Source: Ylistrum balloti
Taxonomy: Eukaryota
Length of the DNA stretch: 64,000 nt
NCBI RefSeq assembly: GCF_031769215.1
Contig: NW_026781956.1
Span: 806,001 to 870,000 of the forward strand
Reading direction: 5' to 3'
The notes beneath the pieces are model-generated. The model was not told the DNA's origin. It was given only the letters and a program-made list of their open reading frames with translations, and ran no database searches. The translations under genes and the position numbers were made by a program. Shown in pieces: positions 1 through 13,722 of the stretch; position 1 is the first letter of the stretch; every line of letters begins with the position of its first letter.

Positions 1-1028
1 TTTTTTATTGGCTATGCCAGTCTGAAAAGGGTGATGTCATAATATGGACAATGACGGTACGTCATAAATTGAAAAATGGTGTAAGTAAATTGCTACCTTT
101 CTACTCCGCTGTTAACTCTAAAACTTGTCAAATGTAACTTGTGTTTATGTGATTAAAAGATTTTTTTTTTCATTTCATATTACATTTCATTACACGAGTC
201 ATAGAAATTTTTCATTTCTGTGAGCCTTGACGAGCAAAAATAAAAAATATGTAAGGCTCTGAGACTTGTTACAAAATCTCCAATGAAACAAAAACGCATG
301 TGATAAAATACAGTGAATTTGTATATTAACGTTATATTATTTTTATAATAGTTATGCTAATTCACATATATTGTATAAATGAGAACATTTCTGATACATA
401 TATATATATTTTAATTTGAAAGCTGGTATATTTTTACTTATGTTTGTATTGTTTTTTTATTACTTCTACAATCATTCCATCCAAATAAATTGTGATTACA
501 CGAATACTTGTAGCTATTTGTTCTTTAATCATTGACGTGAAATGTGTCAACATTTAATCAATGTGATCACAATATGTCTAGATAGAACTCCGATTAACCA
601 CTTAGAACAATGTGAAGTAAGTAACCTTATATACCTACATCATTTATTTGAAACGATGCATATATCAAACGATATCTTCTCAAATTAACAGTTGACTTGA
701 ATGAATAATGCAAATGAAATTTATGTTTAAAGAGAACGTATATATTGATTATGATTCTATAAAATTATATATGAAAACATTTTCAAATTTATGTAAAATT
801 GACACAACATGGTATATAAATATATGCTACATTGTACCCATGTAAAAGATGTAAACAAATTGACATACTGAATAGGTAATGCTGATATAAGGAACGAAGC
901 TTGTAAAATAACACGTCACACATGTACACATGTATTCAATATAAGTGAGTTTATCATCTTAATAATAAATTCAATGTAAGTATCAGATAAATAAAAATGT
1001 TTTCCTTTTAAAATTTAACAAAATATAT

Positions 1029-1117
1029 TTTAAATTTTTATCTAAATTGTGAAATTTTGTAAAGTTTATTGAAATATTTAACTTTACAAAATTTCACAAT
1101 TTAGATAAAAATTTAAA
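1029..1117. repeat. Perfect 38-bp inverted repeat with 13-nt spacer
   Basis: TTTAAATTTTTATCTAAATTGTGAAATTTTGTAAAGTT (1029-1066) is the exact reverse complement of 1080-1117. Confidence 0.95.
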
Positions 1118-2788
1118 TATAAAAATGGATCTCGTTCAACTTGAAATGGTGTGTGCTAAGTAATTTTTCCCGTTTTTTTCAATTTATTTCTGTCTTTTAG
1201 ATGCTTTCACATGTGGATATTAATACATGGAATAAAAGCAAAACGCCAAAAATTTGATATTTACATGTAAGCAATTATAATACAATTACATAATCATTTT
1301 TAAATTAAATATATTATTGTTGTTTGCTGAAAACTAATAGAGTTCTTAGTGCTGATATATATATGCTAACAGCTGATATCACTGCATCAGGATTTTCACT
1401 TATGCGTTAAACATAAATAAATAAATAGAAATAAGAAGATAAATAGATAAATCCCAACAACACCTTCAAAGCACCTAAACAGACACAGGACACAGTTTAA
1501 ACACATTCAATTAAGATGTATTCAAATTATTGCAAAAATCAATGGAAATGTACCCATGCAAAGATAGAACGCAATTTAAATGTTCCCAGACAAAATACAT
1601 ACAAATAAGGATGTACTCAAATGCAAAACCCAAGTAAAAACAGAAAGCCAGAAAAATAGCAAATTGTTGTTAAATTGTAATCATACAAGTACACTGCTGA
1701 TTCAATGCAAACCATAGTGTAAATAGATAAAGGAAACAGGTAAAGGTAAACACAATTGTCCCTACAACCAGGTATAAACAATGTACCATTAATACGGCAG
1801 ATAGTTTCAAGTACCCAAACAACCTCAAACTTATACTGTAGTAGGCAGAGACGTAGCAATAACGTACACTTGTATACTTCAGCATGCACTCGAGTGAAAG
1901 TGAGTTTTCTGACGTTTGTTTTTACTTTTACTTCGCCCTTAGATCTCCCACCGGGGCTCATGGACCCTCTCTTGAAAACATACACCAGTGTACAAACACA
2001 TACATGTTACTGAACGATAAATATGTGCATCGAATATAAAGAAGTACAGTTTATCGCTGGTGAGCTGAAGATACAGATCTACAATGATATGAAAACTGTA
2101 TGTCTTACTGTATTTTAACTGTAGCACAAAAAACATCCAATTCGACATGGAATTTCTGATTTCGTGATATTTTATTAAAGAAGAGAATAAGTGAGTATTG
2201 CGTTGTTCAACACACCGGAGAACTACTGGCTGTCAGTCCTGTTGAGAGACATCAACCATCTGTACATTTTGTCATGGTACTCTCACGTGACATGTAAATG
2301 CACATTGTATCACTTACCGTCGTAACTAAAATTGGTTTCTTCTGTAATGTAAAAACCTTTTATTCCCATCCAAGACCTCATCTTAGCGACTGCCACGATT
2401 CCCAAATCTTACGGACCCTTAACAACCAGCAGGATGCCCATCCAACATACACAATAACCATCACGTACCTCGATTCTTTGCAAACCCGTGATCTGCTGAC
2501 ATAGAGAAAGTAACTAAACCTGAGAAATTAACAGAAGTGTGGGGATAAGATATTGATTTTGATCCTAAACGAGAATGTTGTGATCATCTGGATGAGTGGA
2601 CGATTCTTACGTTAAATACGATGAAGGTGTCTATGTTTTTATGACCAGGACGAATCAGAAATTTCTACACCAAATACCATGACAAGGTTAAAATATTGAA
2701 GGCAGATCGGTGTAAGCGTAGCGACAGGATTGACTCCTAAGAAATCCAGGAGCAAAAACATGAAATTTATAGGATAACCATGTGTAAT

Positions 2789-4796
2789 TGCTCTCCACCT
2801 CGACTTGTTGATCTCCACACCGGCTTGTTGATGTCCACTTCGTCTTGTTGCTCGGCTTGTTGATCTCCACACCGGCTTGTTGATCTCCACCTCGTCTTGC
2901 TGCTCTCCACCTCGTCTTGTTGCTCTCCACCTCGACCTGTTGATCTCCATCTCGACTTGTTGCTCACCACCTCGTCTTGTTGCTTTCAACTTCGACTTGT
3001 TGATCTCCACCTCGATTTGTTGCTCTCCACCTTAACTTGTTGCTCTCCACCTCGACTTGTTGTTTTCCACCTCGACGTGTTGCTCTACACCTCGACATGT
3101 TGCTCTCCACATCGACTTGTTGCTTTCCACCTCGACTTGTTGCTCTCCACCTCGACTTGTTGCTCTCCACCTCGACTTGTTGCTTTCCACCTCGACTTGT
3201 TGTTTTCCACCTCGACTTGTTGTTTTCCATCTCGACTTGTTGATCTCCATCTCGACTTGTTGATCTCCACCTCGTCTTGTTGCTTTCAACCTCGACTTAT
3301 TGCTCTCTACCTCGACTTGTTGCTCTCCACCTCGACTTGTTGCTTTCCACCTCGACTTGTTGTTTTCCACCTCGACTTGTTGTTTTCCATCTCGACTTGT
3401 TGCTTTCCACCTCGACTTGTTGCTCCCCACATCGACTTGTTGCTCCCCACATCGACTTGTTGCTCCCCACATCGACTTGTTGCTCTCCACCTCGACTTGT
3501 TGCTTTCCACCTCGACTTGTTGTTTTCCATCTCGACTTGTTGCTTTCCACCTCGACTTGTTGCTTTCCACCTCGACTTGTTGTTTTCCATCTCGACTTGT
3601 TGCTTTCCACCTCGACGTGTTGCTTTCCACCTCGACTTGTTGTTTTCCATCTCGACTTGTTGCTTTCCACCTCGACTTGTTGTTTTCCATCTCGACTTGT
3701 TGTTTTCCACCTCGTCTTGTTGTTTTCCACCTCGACGTGTTGCTCTACACCTCGACTTGTTGATCTCCACATCGACTTGTTGCTTTCCACCTCGACTTGT
3801 TATTCCCCACATCGACTTGTTGATCTCCATCTCGACTTGTTGCTCACCACCTCGTCTTGTTGCTTTCAACCTCGACTTATTGCTCTCTACCTCGACTTGT
3901 TGATCTCCACCTTAACTTGTTGCTCTCCACCTCGACATGTTGCTCTCCACATCGACTTGTTGCTTTCCACCTCGACTTGTTGCTCCCCACATCGACTTGT
4001 TGCTCACCACATCGACTTGTTGCTCTCCACATCGACTTGTTGCTCACCACATCGACTTGTTGCTCTCCACCTCGGCTTGTTACTCTCCACCTCGTCTTGT
4101 TGCTCTCCACCTCGGCTTGTTACTCTCCACCTCGGCTTGTTACTCTCCACCTCGTCTTGTTGCTCTCCACATCGACTTGTTGCTCACCACATCGACTTGT
4201 TGCTCACCACATCGACTTGTTGCTCTCCACATCGACTTGTTGCTCACCACATCGACTTGTTGCTCTCCACCTCGGCTTGTTACTCTCCACCTCGTCTTGT
4301 TGCTCTCCACCGCGGCTTGTTACTCACCACCTCGTCTTGTTGCTCTCCACCTCGTCTTGTTGCTCTCCACCTCGTCTTGTTGCTCTCCACCGCGGCTTGT
4401 TACTCACCACCTCGTCTTGTTGCTCTCCACCTCGGCTTGTTACTCTCCACCTCGTCTTGTTGCTCTCCACCTCGGCTTGTTACTCTCCACCTCGTCTTGT
4501 TGCTCTCCACCGCGGCTTGTTACTCACCACCTCGTCTTGTTGCTCTCCACCGCGGCTTGTTACTCACCACCTCGTCTTGTTGCTCTCCACCTCGTCTTGT
4601 TGCTCTCCACCTCGTCTTGTTGCTCTCCACCTCGGCTTGTTACTCTCCACCTCGTCTTGTTGCTCTCCACCGCGGCTTGTTACTCTCCACCTCGTCTTGT
4701 TGCTCTCCACCTCGACTTGTTGCTCTCCACCTCGTCTTGTTGATCTCCACCTCGACTTGTTGCTCTCCACATCGACTTGGTGCTCTCCACCTCGGC
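2789..4796. repeat. 20-bp minisatellite, about 100 copies (TGCTCTCCACCTCGACTTGT)
   Basis: Direct 20-nt periodicity; it produces the many overlapping ORFs on both strands. Confidence 0.97.
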
Positions 4797-7225
4797 TTTT
4801 TGCTCAATCAAGCGTACAATTCTACCTTTTTGAAATCGTGAACATCAGCTGCCTACGTCGGTATATGCCTTGAAAGTATCAAACAATGACAACGTCCCGA
4901 TAAGCAGTATGATATAGGAAATTATTCTAATTCTGATAATTTCAATATTATAAACAACAATTTATACGATATTATAACATTTTGAAACGAAATTCATAAC
5001 TGGAATCGTCGCTTGTTTTTGAAGTAACAATCGACAGTTTTTACTAGAGCAGTCGGTGGCCGTTATAATAGTCAGGTTGTATACAAGTGCTGAAAATGTA
5101 GACTGTGCCGGGGTTTTTCACATTAAGAGTCCAAAATAATTGATGAATGACGCAAAAGTTGACAATCAAAGATGGACACGAGGATTCTTCAAACGTATCA
5201 TATATCTAAATTAAATCTTCGATGTGATCAGTTGTTGTTTCCAAATCGCCTGAATCAAAAGCGTGCACTTTAATTAAATTTGTATTTACGTGTTGACATA
5301 AGGAGTGGAAACTTCAATGACATTTTAGATATTGCATTCTGTTCTTATCCTTTGAAAATGTTTAATTATAAACGCACTTGCTATGTAATGAGAAACAGAC
5401 GTTGTGCTGTAACGACTGTGACGGTATTGTCTTCGCAGTGTTTTTGTCTCCATCAATCGGCTTTTCCATGCAGAAATAATCTATATTCTATCAATGCAAA
5501 GCAATTTTTGATAGTAACGACAAACTGAATGAAAATCTCCAGAAAAAAATCATTAATAGACCTCGCCCAGAAATCACGTGATGCATATCAAACTTGTCAT
5601 TATCTGTAGTTGAGTATACACTCATTCATGCAGATCCATGAATGGGGAGCGCGACCACGTTCAGCACGTTTGTTGGTGGGTAAAGAAGACGTAGCTCTGC
5701 CTATTGATCACCTAGCACATGTGAACTTTTCTACCTTCACGCATTGCGAAGGACATTTTTATTGCTTATTGTGCGTGTTGGCATGGCAACGATCGAACTG
5801 TCCAGTGCATGCATTCTTAGTTCGTTGATGAAATCGACTAGCGTAGTTATGAATGACTCTCCAACCGGTATGTTGATTTCCTGAGAAAAGTTCAAGGCCA
5901 TTCTAACCGTCCACACATTATTGGCCTTCATTGATCTGTATATAAGGTAGCCGTTCATGTTGACTTTAGTTGGAGCTTAAACTCCATTTACTCCGATTAT
6001 TCATTGTAGACACTGTAAGGTTAAGGAGGACAAAAGCAAAGGTTTTAATGTTAAGGTATTTTGTTTTCAAACGAGAATAATTTGACCTGTTTATGTTCAT
6101 TATTCCTCTAAGACTATCTCCACCGGATCACTAATAAGATGGCTGGCTTTGTAACATTATACGTCTCTCTGATGTTTAAGGGGAGGTAACGCATTTAAAT
6201 TACAGTCGTGTATTATAGAAAAGGTGAATGGACCTGAACACGTGATGCAAAATGCATGGACAAGTGTACAATGTCAAGGAATCGTTACCCACAACAACAA
6301 CAACAACAAGAAAAACACAAGAGATTTGTTTCGGTGAACAAAAACATGTATCCCCTTTCAAGCAGATTCGTATATCTGGTGCCCTACTAGGATAGGTGTG
6401 CATGATAAAAATGTTGTTAAATTATTAATTTAATTTGATTGACATTGTGTTACAGTAAACAGTATTGATAAGTTTGGTAGCTATGGAGTAGAGACAAGTG
6501 TATATACTAAATATAGTAGTTAGTGTACAGTATGGTTCTTCATCAGAATTGACTGATAATATTAAAAAAACACACTACTTAATATCAAAACATCAAACAT
6601 CACATTTTATACATATTTGATGAACAAGTGCTTTAACTTATCCTCTATTAGTTTAACTTACCTGATCAGTGTTGAAGCCAGAACACGAGACATCAAACTG
6701 ATGAGACAGAACTTCTCTTGTAAATTAAAATTGCTGGGGTGACTCAACTAACCGTGAAGTCACAGAACATTTAACTGTTACAAAACTCCATAAAAAAGAC
6801 TATAAGGCTGGAGTTCGACAGGGTTCCCAGTAAGGTCATTCCTTGAGTTAACATTCTATCCTCTGAACTTGATATTAAGTGAACTATCACCAGTATACTA
6901 CACATGGATTAGATTATAGAGATGTACACCAACTTTCATTAAGATATCTTTGACGGTTAAAATATAATTGCCCAGACAAGAATTTATTGAGAAATTCGCA
7001 CTTATATGACGTTTTATCTGGAGGTCAAGCTCACAGATACTTTACGACAGTGCACTAAAAGTCGGCTTTGGGTTATAAAGTTGTACAGCAACCGTCATTT
7101 AGAAATCTTTAAGCCCACACAAACAAATTATTAGAAAACTCATAAAAATAGAAGAACCAATGTAAGATATCTCCCACCTTTATTCAAATGAGAGAGATAA
7201 AAAAAAAAAGAACAACAGAAACAAT

Positions 7226-9630
7226 AACAGCATCACATAACAACCGCAACAAGAAATACATCCATACAACAACAGCACCAAGAAATACATCCACACAACA
7301 ACGGCACCTACAACAACAGAACCAAGAAATACATCCCTACAACAACAGAACCAACAAATACATCCCTACAACAACAGCACCAAGAGATACGTACAACAAC
7401 AGCACCTATACAACAACCGCAACAAGAGATACGTCTATACAACAACAGCACCAAGAGATAGGTCTATACAACAACAGCACCAAGAGATACGTCTATACAA
7501 CAACAGCAACAAGAGATACGTCTATACAACAACCGCAACAAGAGATACGTCTATACAACAACCGCAACAAGAGATACGTCTATACAACAACAGCACCAAG
7601 AAATACATCCACACAACAACCGCAACAAGAGATACGTCTATACAACAACAGCACCAAGAAATACATCCACACAACAACCGCAACAAGAGATACGTCTATA
7701 CAACAACCGCAACAAGAGATACGTCTATACAACAACCGCAACAAGAGATACGTCTATACAACAACAGCACCAAGAAATACATCCACACAACAACCGCAAC
7801 AAGAGATACGTCTATACAACAACAGCACCAAGAAATACATCCACACAACAACCGCAACAAGAGATACGTCTATACAACAACAGCACCAAGAAATACATCC
7901 ACACAACACCCGCAACAAGAGATACGTCTATACAACAACCGCAACAAGAGATACGTCTATACAAAAACCGCAACAAGAGATACGTCTATACAACAACCGC
8001 AACAAGAGATACGTCCATACAACAACCGCAACAAGAGATACGTCTATACAACAACCGCAACACGAGATACGAAATACTATACAACAACCAACATACATCC
8101 ATACAACAACAGCACCAAGAAATACACAACAACAGAGATACGTCTATACAACAACCGCAACAAGAGATACGTCTATACAACAACCGCAACAAGAGATACA
8201 TCTATACAACAACAGCACCAAGAAATACATCCATACAACAACAGCACCAAGAAATACATCCCTACAACATTAGAACGAAGACATACATCCATATAACAAC
8301 AGCACCAAGAAATACATCCACACAACAACAGCACCAAGAAATACATCCATACAACAACAGCACCGAGAAATACATCCCTTCAACAACAGCACCAAGACAT
8401 ACATCCATACAACAACAGCACCAAGAAATACATCCATACAACAACAGCACCAAGAAATACATCCACACAACAACAGCACCAAGAAATACATCCATACAAC
8501 AACAGCACCAAGAAATACATCCATACAACAACAGCACCAAGAAATACATCCACACAACAACAGCACCAAGAAATACATCCACACAACAACAGCACCAAGA
8601 AATACATCCCTACAACAACAGAACCAAGAAATACATCCATACAACAACAGCACCAAGAAATACCTCCCTACACCAACAACAGCACCAACAAATACCTCCC
8701 TTCAACAACAGAACCAAGAAATACATCCATACAACAACAGCACCAACAAATACATCCCTACAACAACAGCACCAACAAATACATCCCTACAGCAACAGCA
8801 CCAAGAAATACATCCCTACAACAACAGCACCAAGAAATACATCCCTACAACAACAGCACCAAGAAATACATCCCTACAACAACAGCAACAAAAATACATC
8901 CACACAACAACAGCACCAAGAAATACATCCCTACAACAACAGCACCAAGAAATACATCCCTACAACAACAGCACCAAGAAATACATCCCTACAACAACAG
9001 CACCAACAAATACATCCACACAACAACAGCACCAACAAATACATCCCTACAACAACAGCACCAACAAATACATCCCTACAACAACAGCACCAACAAATAC
9101 ATCCCTACAACAACAGCACCAACAAATACATCCCTACAACAACAGCACCAACAAATACATCCCTACAACAACAGCACCAACAAATACATCCACACAACAA
9201 CAGCACCAACAAATACATCCCTACAACAACAGCACCAAGAAATACATGCCTACAACAACAGCACCAAGAAATACATCCCTACAACAACAGCACCAAGAAA
9301 TACATCCATACAACAACAGCACCAAGAAATACATCCCTACAACAACAGCACCAACAAATACATCCCTACAGCAACAACACCAAGAAATACATCCCTACAA
9401 CAACAGCACCAACAAATACATCCCTACAACAACAACACCAAGAAATACATCCCTACAACAACAGCACCAACAAATACATCCCTACAACAACAGCACCAAC
9501 AAATACATCCCTACAACAACAGCACCAACAAATACATCCCTACAACAACAGCACCAACAAATACATCCCTACAACAACAGCACCAACAAATACATCCCTA
9601 CAACAACAACACCAACAAATACATCCATAC
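7226..9630. repeat. 29-bp CAA-rich minisatellite, about 80 copies (ACAACAACAGCACCAAGAAATACATCCCT and variants)
   Basis: Direct periodicity, with three sequential sub-variants along the array. Confidence 0.96.
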
Positions 9631-10184
9631 AGTAAAATGAAATAATACCTGAATCTGTGAATAAGATTTCGATATTTGAATACAACAGAAAGAAGAAAAA
9701 AACTGCCTAAAGTAACCTGGACAAGTGAAACATTCGAACAGCATTAGGCACAAGAAAAACACCTTAACAGCACAGACAAGAAAATATAAAAACAACAACA
9801 GGGACAACAAAACTATACAAACAACATCAAGGCCAATATTGATATACAAAGAACAATAAGGACAAGGATGACGTAATAACACGGGAACTTAGTAAATAGC
9901 ATTGTAAACTACTTGAATTGATTCTCATGATCATACATCGGACAAAAGCTTGGTATTGAAATAGCGTCTTTGAAATGAATTGTGTAGTATTTACAAAGTC
10001 ATGAAAGAAAATAAATTATGAAACTGTTTTGATTTTCTATGGCTCTTCGATGATGTTCAGAAAAGGGCTATATTGACTTTAGATGTAAAAAAAATTACAC
10101 CGGAAGTTACGTTTACCTCGTTCTAAGTGTACATTGTTTGACGGCTATTTCGTTCTTCTTGCCAAACATCTCAGTCATATACAG

Positions 10185-10425
10185 CATTGACATGCAACTC
10201 GGTCATACACATGCTTGACATACTACTTGGTCATACACAGCTTGACATACTACTCAGTCATACACAGCCTTGACATACTACTCGGTCATACACGGACTTG
10301 ACATACAACTCGGTCATACACAGGCTTGACATACAACTCGGTCATACACGGGCTTGACATACAACTAGGTCATACACAGGCTAGACATACAACTCGGTCA
10401 AAAGTATGCTTGAAATACAAGTCGG
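10185..10425. repeat. 23-24-bp degenerate tandem repeat (CTTGACATACAACTCGGTCATACAC)
   Basis: About 10 imperfect copies. Confidence 0.85.
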
Positions 10426-10744
10426 TTACACAAATGTCCATACCTTACTTTAGTGTATTGCAGCTTATGTATTGATTGACAAGTTGATATATGACCAAGC
10501 GAATGATATTTCTGTTGTACGACGCCTACGCACGTGATACTTCAGTATCAATCTCGGTTTACTGGGTCAAGGGTGCAGAACAGTATCGATCGATTATTCT
10601 GCAGGACCAGGGAAGCAGGAGCTTACATACATTGCAGGACGCCCTCTAGCACTTGGGACGAAGGAAGATGAAGCACAACCCCCTTGCGACACAGAATGGA
10701 GAAAAAATACAAAAATAGTTGGTCACATGGACGGACGAATACAT

Positions 10745-11615
10745 ATTACACCAATGTCTGGAAACAAGGACAGACGAGTACATAACACAATTTCTGGACA
10801 CAGTGACAGCCGAGTACGTAACACAATTTCTGCACACAGGGACAGACGAGTACGTAACACAATTTCTGGACACAGTGACAGACGATTACGTAACACACTT
10901 TCTAGACACGGGGACAGACGAGTATGTAACACAATGGCTAGACAAGGGGAACAGACCAGTACGTAACACAATTTCTGGACACAGGGACAGACGAGTACGT
11001 AACACAATTTCTGGACACAGGGACAGACGAGTACGTAACACAATTTCTAGACACGGGGACAGACGAGAATGTAACACAATTTCTGGACACGGGGACAGAC
11101 GAGTACTCAACACAATTTCTGGACACAGTGACAGACGATTACGTAACACACTTTCTAGACACGGGGACAGACGAGTATGTAACACAATTGTTAGACACGG
11201 GAACAGACCAGTACGTAACACAATTTCTGGACACAGGGACAGACGAGTACGTAACACAATTTCTGGACACAGGGACAGACGAGTACATAACACAATTTCT
11301 GGACACAGGGACAGACGAATACGTAACACAATTTCTGGACACGGGGACAGACGAGTACGTAACACAATTTCTGGGCACGGGGACAGTCGAGTATGTAACA
11401 CAATTTCTGGACATAGGGACAGACGATCACGTAACACAATTTCTGGACACAGGGACAGACGAGTACGTAACATAATTTATGGACACAGGGACAGACGAGT
11501 ACGTAACACAATTTCTGGACAAATGGACAGACGATCACGTAGCATAATTTCTGGACACAGGGACAAACGAGTATGTAACACAATTTCTGGACACAGGGAC
11601 AGACGAATACCTAAC
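10745..11615. repeat. 36-bp minisatellite, about 24 copies (ACAGGGACAGACGAGTACGTAACACAATTTCTGGAC)
   Basis: Direct periodicity; the 12-aa repeat ORFs in several frames derive from it. Confidence 0.95.
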
Positions 11616-12874
11616 ACATTTTCTATTCTACGTGATTAGGGACGAATGAACAAATTAAAACATATTTTGTATAATCGTTACCCGACCTTAAAACGAAATT
11701 ATACGTGAATCTCTGATATAAACAGTCGGTAGAATATCTGTTATTTGAGAGCTTGGCTGAGTCTATATTAGATGTTCTGAGAGATTCTTCCGTAACAAGT
11801 TGTCAAAGAGAGACTGTTTTTCCATTAGTTCAATAGGAAGTTTCTTTGTCATTTCATGTAATAAATTTCATAAAAATCTACATTCCACTTATTCTATGTG
11901 GGGTAAATCGTATTATTAGAGCTAAGAACAGTAGCCACTACTAGATTGGATGCTTGATTAAGTTTCTAGCCAATGGGGTAAACCGTTTTATACGGGTTCT
12001 TGAGCGGTTCATGAAGGCGTCCATTGAAAACGAGACCATTCTTTTGATAGTGGAACTTTTGGTCTTTGGAAACCTGGTAAAATGCAATGATGGAAGTTGG
12101 GAATTTTAAAATTATGAAGTCATTTTATGAGTAAGAAATCTAATACGGTTTTGATCTCGACAACCAGTAAATAGAAATCTTTAGCTGTGATCTCTTCATG
12201 GATAGCCAATCGGGAACCATCGGCACTTTCCGAGGGTTTCCGAGGGTTTCCGATTGCATGGATAGCATGTTGGTTTTTTTTATTACTTTTTTAACCATAG
12301 TTTGATCATGACGGATACTTAATATAATCAAACTTAACAAAATAGGATGGATTGTTGTTTTATCGAGGCTCGTATAAATATGTGATAAAAAAGGGGGGAT
12401 GCAATTACGTCGGTAGAGACTTTCTGTGGAATTCGTATAGTCATAATACCACTGTTCCTGTGCCACCGTTTGTTATGATATCTGTTTATCAAAATGATGA
12501 TAACTTTGGTGTATGGAACAGACAGTGTCGACTGGTACTGGTGTAAATCAGCCTGCATGCTGACCGGTCAGATGTTTCAACTGAAACAGTATACGACATA
12601 GTTCACTAGTTACAGTATGTACCGTCAATAAGATATCTCAGTGATATAAAAGCACAGTACATCCGGTAGTGATCCGAGGTTATAAAAGTAAAGCTGTTTT
12701 TCGAGTATAATTTGCCTCGTTTTGACTTCCTGAAATTCACTTAAAATCAATTATACTGCACTGGAATTGTATTGTCAATTATCTATCCTTCCTAACGTCG
12801 TGAATACTTAACAAATACACACCTGCTAGCATAACAAAAACTCGATTATGTCCTGAAAACTAACCCGAAACACG

Positions 12875-12975
12875 CATACTGATGACGCCACATGTACAAA
12901 CGCCAACGCACAAACACCCTCCTTTGCGTATGTATATAGGTCACAACGTCATTTCCTGAGGGGTGACGTCACTCA
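12875..12975. promoter_or_regulatory. Possible cis-regulatory cluster (CRE/ATF-like and ETS-like motifs)
   Basis: Palindrome GTGACGTCAC at 12963-12972, nearby TGACGCCA and ACGTCATTTCC, in a locally CpG-rich patch. Motif evidence only. Confidence 0.25.
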
Positions 12976-13487
12976 ACCAAAACGATGATATGGCGTTTTT
13001 ACTTTCACCAAGAATGTACAGAGATTCTAGATCAATATTTAAGAGTTCATATACTGGATTCCATTCCTGCAAAAACAATTTGAATAACTTTTCGCAATCG
13101 ATATAATTCCTACAGTATTTCCACTACTGAAGCTCACTTACCTGTTTTCAATATATTAAAATCCTAGCAACAAATAATTTATCTTATTTTTGCTATTGAA
13201 AAAAAAATTGAACAACAAAGTCAAAATTTTATTTCAAATAGACACATCTGGATGTACGCCTCGATATTCCAAATTAGCACACGGTATTTGATCAACGCGG
13301 AGGTTATTTTGTCAAGTCATGTTGGTTATTTACAATGACTTGATGATATTTCTGTTTCACACTATTATACATCATCGCTGGGAGTGATTGTGTCGTTCAG
13401 TTTCCCAGATGTTCTTTGTTTTATGATCAACGGCGAACAGGATATGTCAGTTAATTAACAATTGCGTGAACATCTGAAATGATAATT

Positions 13488-13722
13488 ATGTCTCTCGTCA
13501 CCACGAGTGGTAACATGTCAGGATGTCTCTCGTCACCACGAGTGGTAACATGTCAGGATGTCTCTCGTCACCACGAGTGGTAACATGTCAGGATGTCTCT
13601 TGTCACCACCAGTGGTAACATGACAGGATGTCTCTCGTCACCACGAGTGGTAACATGTCAGGATGTCTCTCGTCACCACTAATGGTAACATGCCTGGATG
13701 TCTCTCATCACCACGAATGACA
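13488..13722. repeat. 35-bp tandem repeat, about 6.5 copies
   Basis: Unit ATGTCTCTCGTCACCACGAGTGGTAACATGTCAGG with an internal ACCAC/GTGGT hairpin. Confidence 0.93.

Noticed and set aside
2897-4873. Long Cys/Ser/Leu-rich ORFs up to 513 aa on both strands
   Set aside because: They result from a 20-bp unit that lacks stops. The period is not a multiple of 3, overlapping frames are equally open, and there is no splice support.
1617-6000. Short ORFs at 1.6-2.5 kb and 5.6-6.0 kb as exons of a gene
   Set aside because: Some splice-like sites exist on both strands, but I could not build a consistent phase chain or recognise a protein family.
7188-8273. 361-aa Thr/Gln-rich mucin-like or shell-protein-like ORF
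   Set aside because: It lies within a 29-bp array whose + strand has almost no stops in any frame, so the openness is compositional.
10719-11639. 306-aa Arg-rich 12-mer repeat ORF
   Set aside because: It derives from the 36-bp array and is open in several frames on both strands. Only the unique upstream segment is kept, as a weak candidate.
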